This document shows, piece after piece, positions 58,113 through 64,000 of a stretch of 64,000 bases of DNA; the first letter of the stretch is position 1, and each line of letters begins with the position of its first letter. The stretch covers positions 2,310 to 66,309 of the forward strand of contig JAPSIR010000002.1 in assembly GCA_031178625.1 (NCBI GenBank), written 5' to 3'. The notes under the pieces are model-generated. The model saw only the letters and a program-made list of their open reading frames with translations, was not told the DNA's origin and did not search any database. Made by a program: the position numbers and the translations under genes. Source of the stretch: Cellulomonas sp. GTDB lineage: Bacteria > Actinomycetota > Actinomycetes > Actinomycetales > Cellulomonadaceae.

Positions 58113-58379
58113 TCAGGCCTCGTTCGTCGGCTCGGCCGTCAGGAGCCCCTCGTCGATCTCACGCATCGCGATCGACAGCGGCTTCTCCTGGGGGCGCGTC
58201 TCGACGAGCGGCCCGACGTACTCGAGCAGGCCCTCGTTGAGCTGCGCGTAGTAGGCGTTGATCTGGCGCGCGCGCTTCGCGGAGAAGAGCACGAGCGCGT
58301 ACTTCGAGTCGGCGCGCTCGAGGAGGCGGTCGATCGGCGGGTCGGTGATGCCCGTGGGGGCGGCGACGGTTCCGGACAC
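58113..58379 (-). CDS. rpoZ: RNA polymerase omega subunit
   Basis: [25 protein letters not shown] and [11 protein letters not shown]. Confidence 0.96.
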   Translation of the reverse strand: MSGTVAAPTGITDPPIDRLLERADSKYALVLFSAKRARQINAYYAQLNEGLLEYVGPLVETRPQEKPLSIAMREIDEGLLTAEPTNEA

Positions 58380-58567
58380 GGAGGACTCCCGTCCTAGGAG
58401 GGTGCTGGCTGCTGCGCCGACGGCCGGGCCGGGGCCCCGCCGTGCGTCCGCGGCGGCACGGGGCCGGGCGGGCGGGCACAGACGAGCCATCGTACCCGGT
58501 CGAGGGCCTGCACCAGCCGCGAGGTCGCCGACCGCGACGCCACCGGTCGCGACGCCGGCGCGCGCCG

Positions 58568-59137
58568 TCACCCGGCCGCGAGCCCCATGAGCCGCACGAG
58601 CTCGTCCGTCGCGCGGTGCACGTCGTCGTTCACGACCACGTGGTCGAACTCCGGCTCGGCGGCGAGCTCCACCCGCGCCGTCGCGAGGCGGCGCTCCCGC
58701 TCCTCCTCGTCCTCCGTCCCGCGGCCGACCAGCCGGCGGACCAGCTCGTCCCACGACGGGGGTGCGAGGAAGACGAAGCGCGCGTCGGGCATGGACGCCC
58801 GGACCTGACGCGCACCCTGCAGGTCGATCTCGAGGAGCGCGGGCTCCCCCGCGGCGAGCCGCTCCTCGACGGGACCGCGCGGCGTCCCGTACCGGTTGCG
58901 CCCGTGCACCACGGCCCACTCGAGGAGCTCGCCGCGCTCCACCATCTCCTCGAAGCGCTCCGCGGAGACGAAGTGGTAGTGCACGCCGTCCACCTCGCCG
59001 GGGCGCGGCGCACGGGTCGTCATCGACACCGAGAGCCACACCTGCGGGTACCGGGCGCGGATGTCCGCCGAGACGGTGCCCTTCCCCACGGCGGTCGGTC
59101 CGGCGAGCACGGTCAGCCGTGCCGGCTGCGTCGTCAT
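58568..59137 (-). CDS. gmk: Guanylate kinase
   Basis: [26 protein letters not shown] and LEIDLQGA. Confidence 0.97.
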   Translation of the reverse strand: MTTQPARLTVLAGPTAVGKGTVSADIRARYPQVWLSVSMTTRAPRPGEVDGVHYHFVSAERFEEMVERGELLEWAVVHGRNRYGTPRGPVEERLAAGEPALLEIDLQGARQVRASMPDARFVFLAPPSWDELVRRLVGRGTEDEEERERRLATARVELAAEPEFDHVVVNDDVHRATDELVRLMGLAAG

Positions 59138-59238
59138 GGGGTGCGTGGTGCCTCTCGTGCGATGGTGCGGCGAACCCGAGGCGGGCGCACCGCGGCGCCC
59201 GTCCCGTGCGGGGCGGGCGCCGGACAGCGGTGGACGGC

Positions 59239-59550
59239 TCAGCCGAAGCGGTCGACGAGCGCCTTGACCTGGTGCGGGCCCAGGCCGCGCACGCGTCGCG
59301 TCTCCGAGATGCCGATCTCGGACATGATCGCGCGGGCCTTGACCTTGCCGACGCCGGGCAGGGACTCGAGGAGCGCGGCGACCTTGAGCTTGCCGATCGT
59401 CTCGTCCTTCTGCCCCTGCTCGATCACCTCGGACAGGGACCCCTGGGAGTACTTCAGGCGGTTCTTGACCTCGGCACGTGCCTGCCGTGCCGCGGCGGCC
59501 TTCTCGAGCGCGGCGGCTCGTTGTTCGGGAGTCAGCGGGGGGAGAGCCAC
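59239..59550 (-). CDS. mihF: Actinobacterial integration host factor (mIHF)
   Basis: [26 protein letters not shown] and RRVRGLG. Confidence 0.96.
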   Translation of the reverse strand: MALPPLTPEQRAAALEKAAAARQARAEVKNRLKYSQGSLSEVIEQGQKDETIGKLKVAALLESLPGVGKVKARAIMSEIGISETRRVRGLGPHQVKALVDRFG

Positions 59551-59707
59551 GCGCGTCACCTTCTCGTCACTGGGCCGGGATCCGCGCGCCGAGGCGTGGG
59601 ATCGGTGGGTTCGAACCTAGCGACGCGTTCGCGTGACGGCAACGCGGCGCGACGTGCGTGTCGCGCCCCGACCTGCGGCGACGGTCCGGACGGACGTCCT
59701 GGACGGG

Positions 59708-60570
59708 TCAGCGCAGGGCGGCCGCGGCCTCGTCGGCGGCCCGCCGGGCGGCCGCCCGCAGGCTCGCCACGTCGGGCCCCGCGGCGAGCACGCCGCGGGA
59801 CGACGACGCGAGCACCTGGCGCCGCGCGCCCCCGAACACGCGGGCGAGCTCGGCGGCCCCCGCCCCCTGCGCGCCGACGCCCGGCGCGAGCAGCGGTCCG
59901 TTGACGCTCTCGAGGTCGACGCCCGCACGGGACGCCGAGTCGCCCACGGTGGCGCCCACGACGAGGCCGACGGAGCCCAGGGGCCGCTCCCCCGCGTTGA
60001 GCGCGGCGGCACGCGCCGCCACGAGGGCGGCGACCGTCGGGCCCTCCTCGGTCCGCGCGTGCTGCACCTCGTGACCCTCCTTGTTGGAGGTCAGGCACAG
60101 CACGAACAGGCCGCGCCCCGTCGCGAGCGCGAGGTCCACCGCGGGGTCGAGCGAGCCGAAGCCCAGGTAGGGCGAGACGGTGAGGGCGTCCCCGGCGAGC
60201 GGCGAGCCGTCGCGCAGGAACGCGTCGGCGTAGGCGCCCATCGTGGAGCCGATGTCGCCGCGCTTGGCGTCCACGACGACGAGCGTGCCCGTCTCGCGCC
60301 CCGCGGCGACGACCTCCTCGAGCACGGCGAGGCCGGCGGACCCGTGCCGCTCGAAGAACGCCGCCTGCGGCTTGACCGCGGCGACCCGCCCGGCGACGGC
60401 GTCGAGCACGGTGTGCGCGAACGTGCGCAGGCCCGCCGCGTCGTCCGTGAGCCCCCAGTCGACGAGGAGCGTCGCGTGCGGGTCGATCCCGACGCACAGC
60501 GGCCCGTGGTCGTCCGCCGCGGCGGCGAGGCGCGCCCCGAAAGGCGTCACCCCGCCACCGGCCGGAGCCG

Positions 60571-60574
<4 letters not shown>
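59708..60574 (-). CDS. pyrF: Orotidine-5'-phosphate decarboxylase
   Basis: [26 protein letters not shown] and LAPGVGAQG. Confidence 0.96.
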
Positions 60575-63956
<3,382 letters not shown>

Positions 63957-63957
<1 letters not shown>

Positions 63958-64000
63958 CAGGCGGCGCCCTTCTGGGAGTCGTGGAGGCCCGCGTCGTCCG
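63957..64000 (-). CDS. carA: 3' end of the upstream gene, probably carbamoyl-phosphate synthase small subunit (partial)
   Basis: ...[13 protein letters not shown] with TGATG overlap onto carB; identity from operon synteny only. Confidence 0.6.

Noticed and set aside
59609-59620. GGTTCGAACC palindrome upstream of mIHF as a LexA box or tRNA T-arm
   Set aside because: It lacks GAAC-N4-GTTC spacing and a cloverleaf; it overlaps a TAGGTT -10 hexamer.

Overview
Very GC-rich actinobacterial chromosome, most likely Cellulomonas (GH74-CBM2 and CbhA-like GH6-CBM2 glycanases with Pro/Thr linkers). The window appears to span the replication terminus: a 28-bp dif-like site lies at 27796-27823, and nearly all genes to its right are on the minus strand. 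Left part: a frameshifted GH74 xyloglucanase; a stress/DNA-protection block (small protein, App1-like phosphatase, dps, stand-alone LigD polymerase domain, ku, HhH-PHP, HU, DUF6328); ltaE; cbhA; a LacI regulator divergent from a sugar-binding/PAS/degenerate-GGDEF fusion; deaD; and the conserved pgsA2-DUF881-DUF1290-DUF881-garA-ftsR-DUF151-MerR block plus an orphan ParA. Right part is core synteny: rbpA, lnt, amidohydrolase, helY, DAGK, tatCA, pafBC, DUF3866, hisGE, FMN riboswitch-ribDEBAH, rpe, rsmB, fmt, priA, metK, coaBC, rpoZ, gmk, mIHF, pyrF, carB and the end of carA. No IS, prophage, CRISPR, rRNA or tRNA seen. Best leads: a candidate ~180-nt structured ncRNA upstream of lnt, with its own 19-bp-spacer promoter and six GACAC motifs; a split NHEJ module with a PHP partner; a probable sugar-sensing c-di-GMP receptor beside cbhA; a shared CGAAnCGTTtcG operator at the glycanase genes; a PafBC-type promoter next to dif. 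All family assignments are by motif recognition and recalled synteny; no database searches were run.
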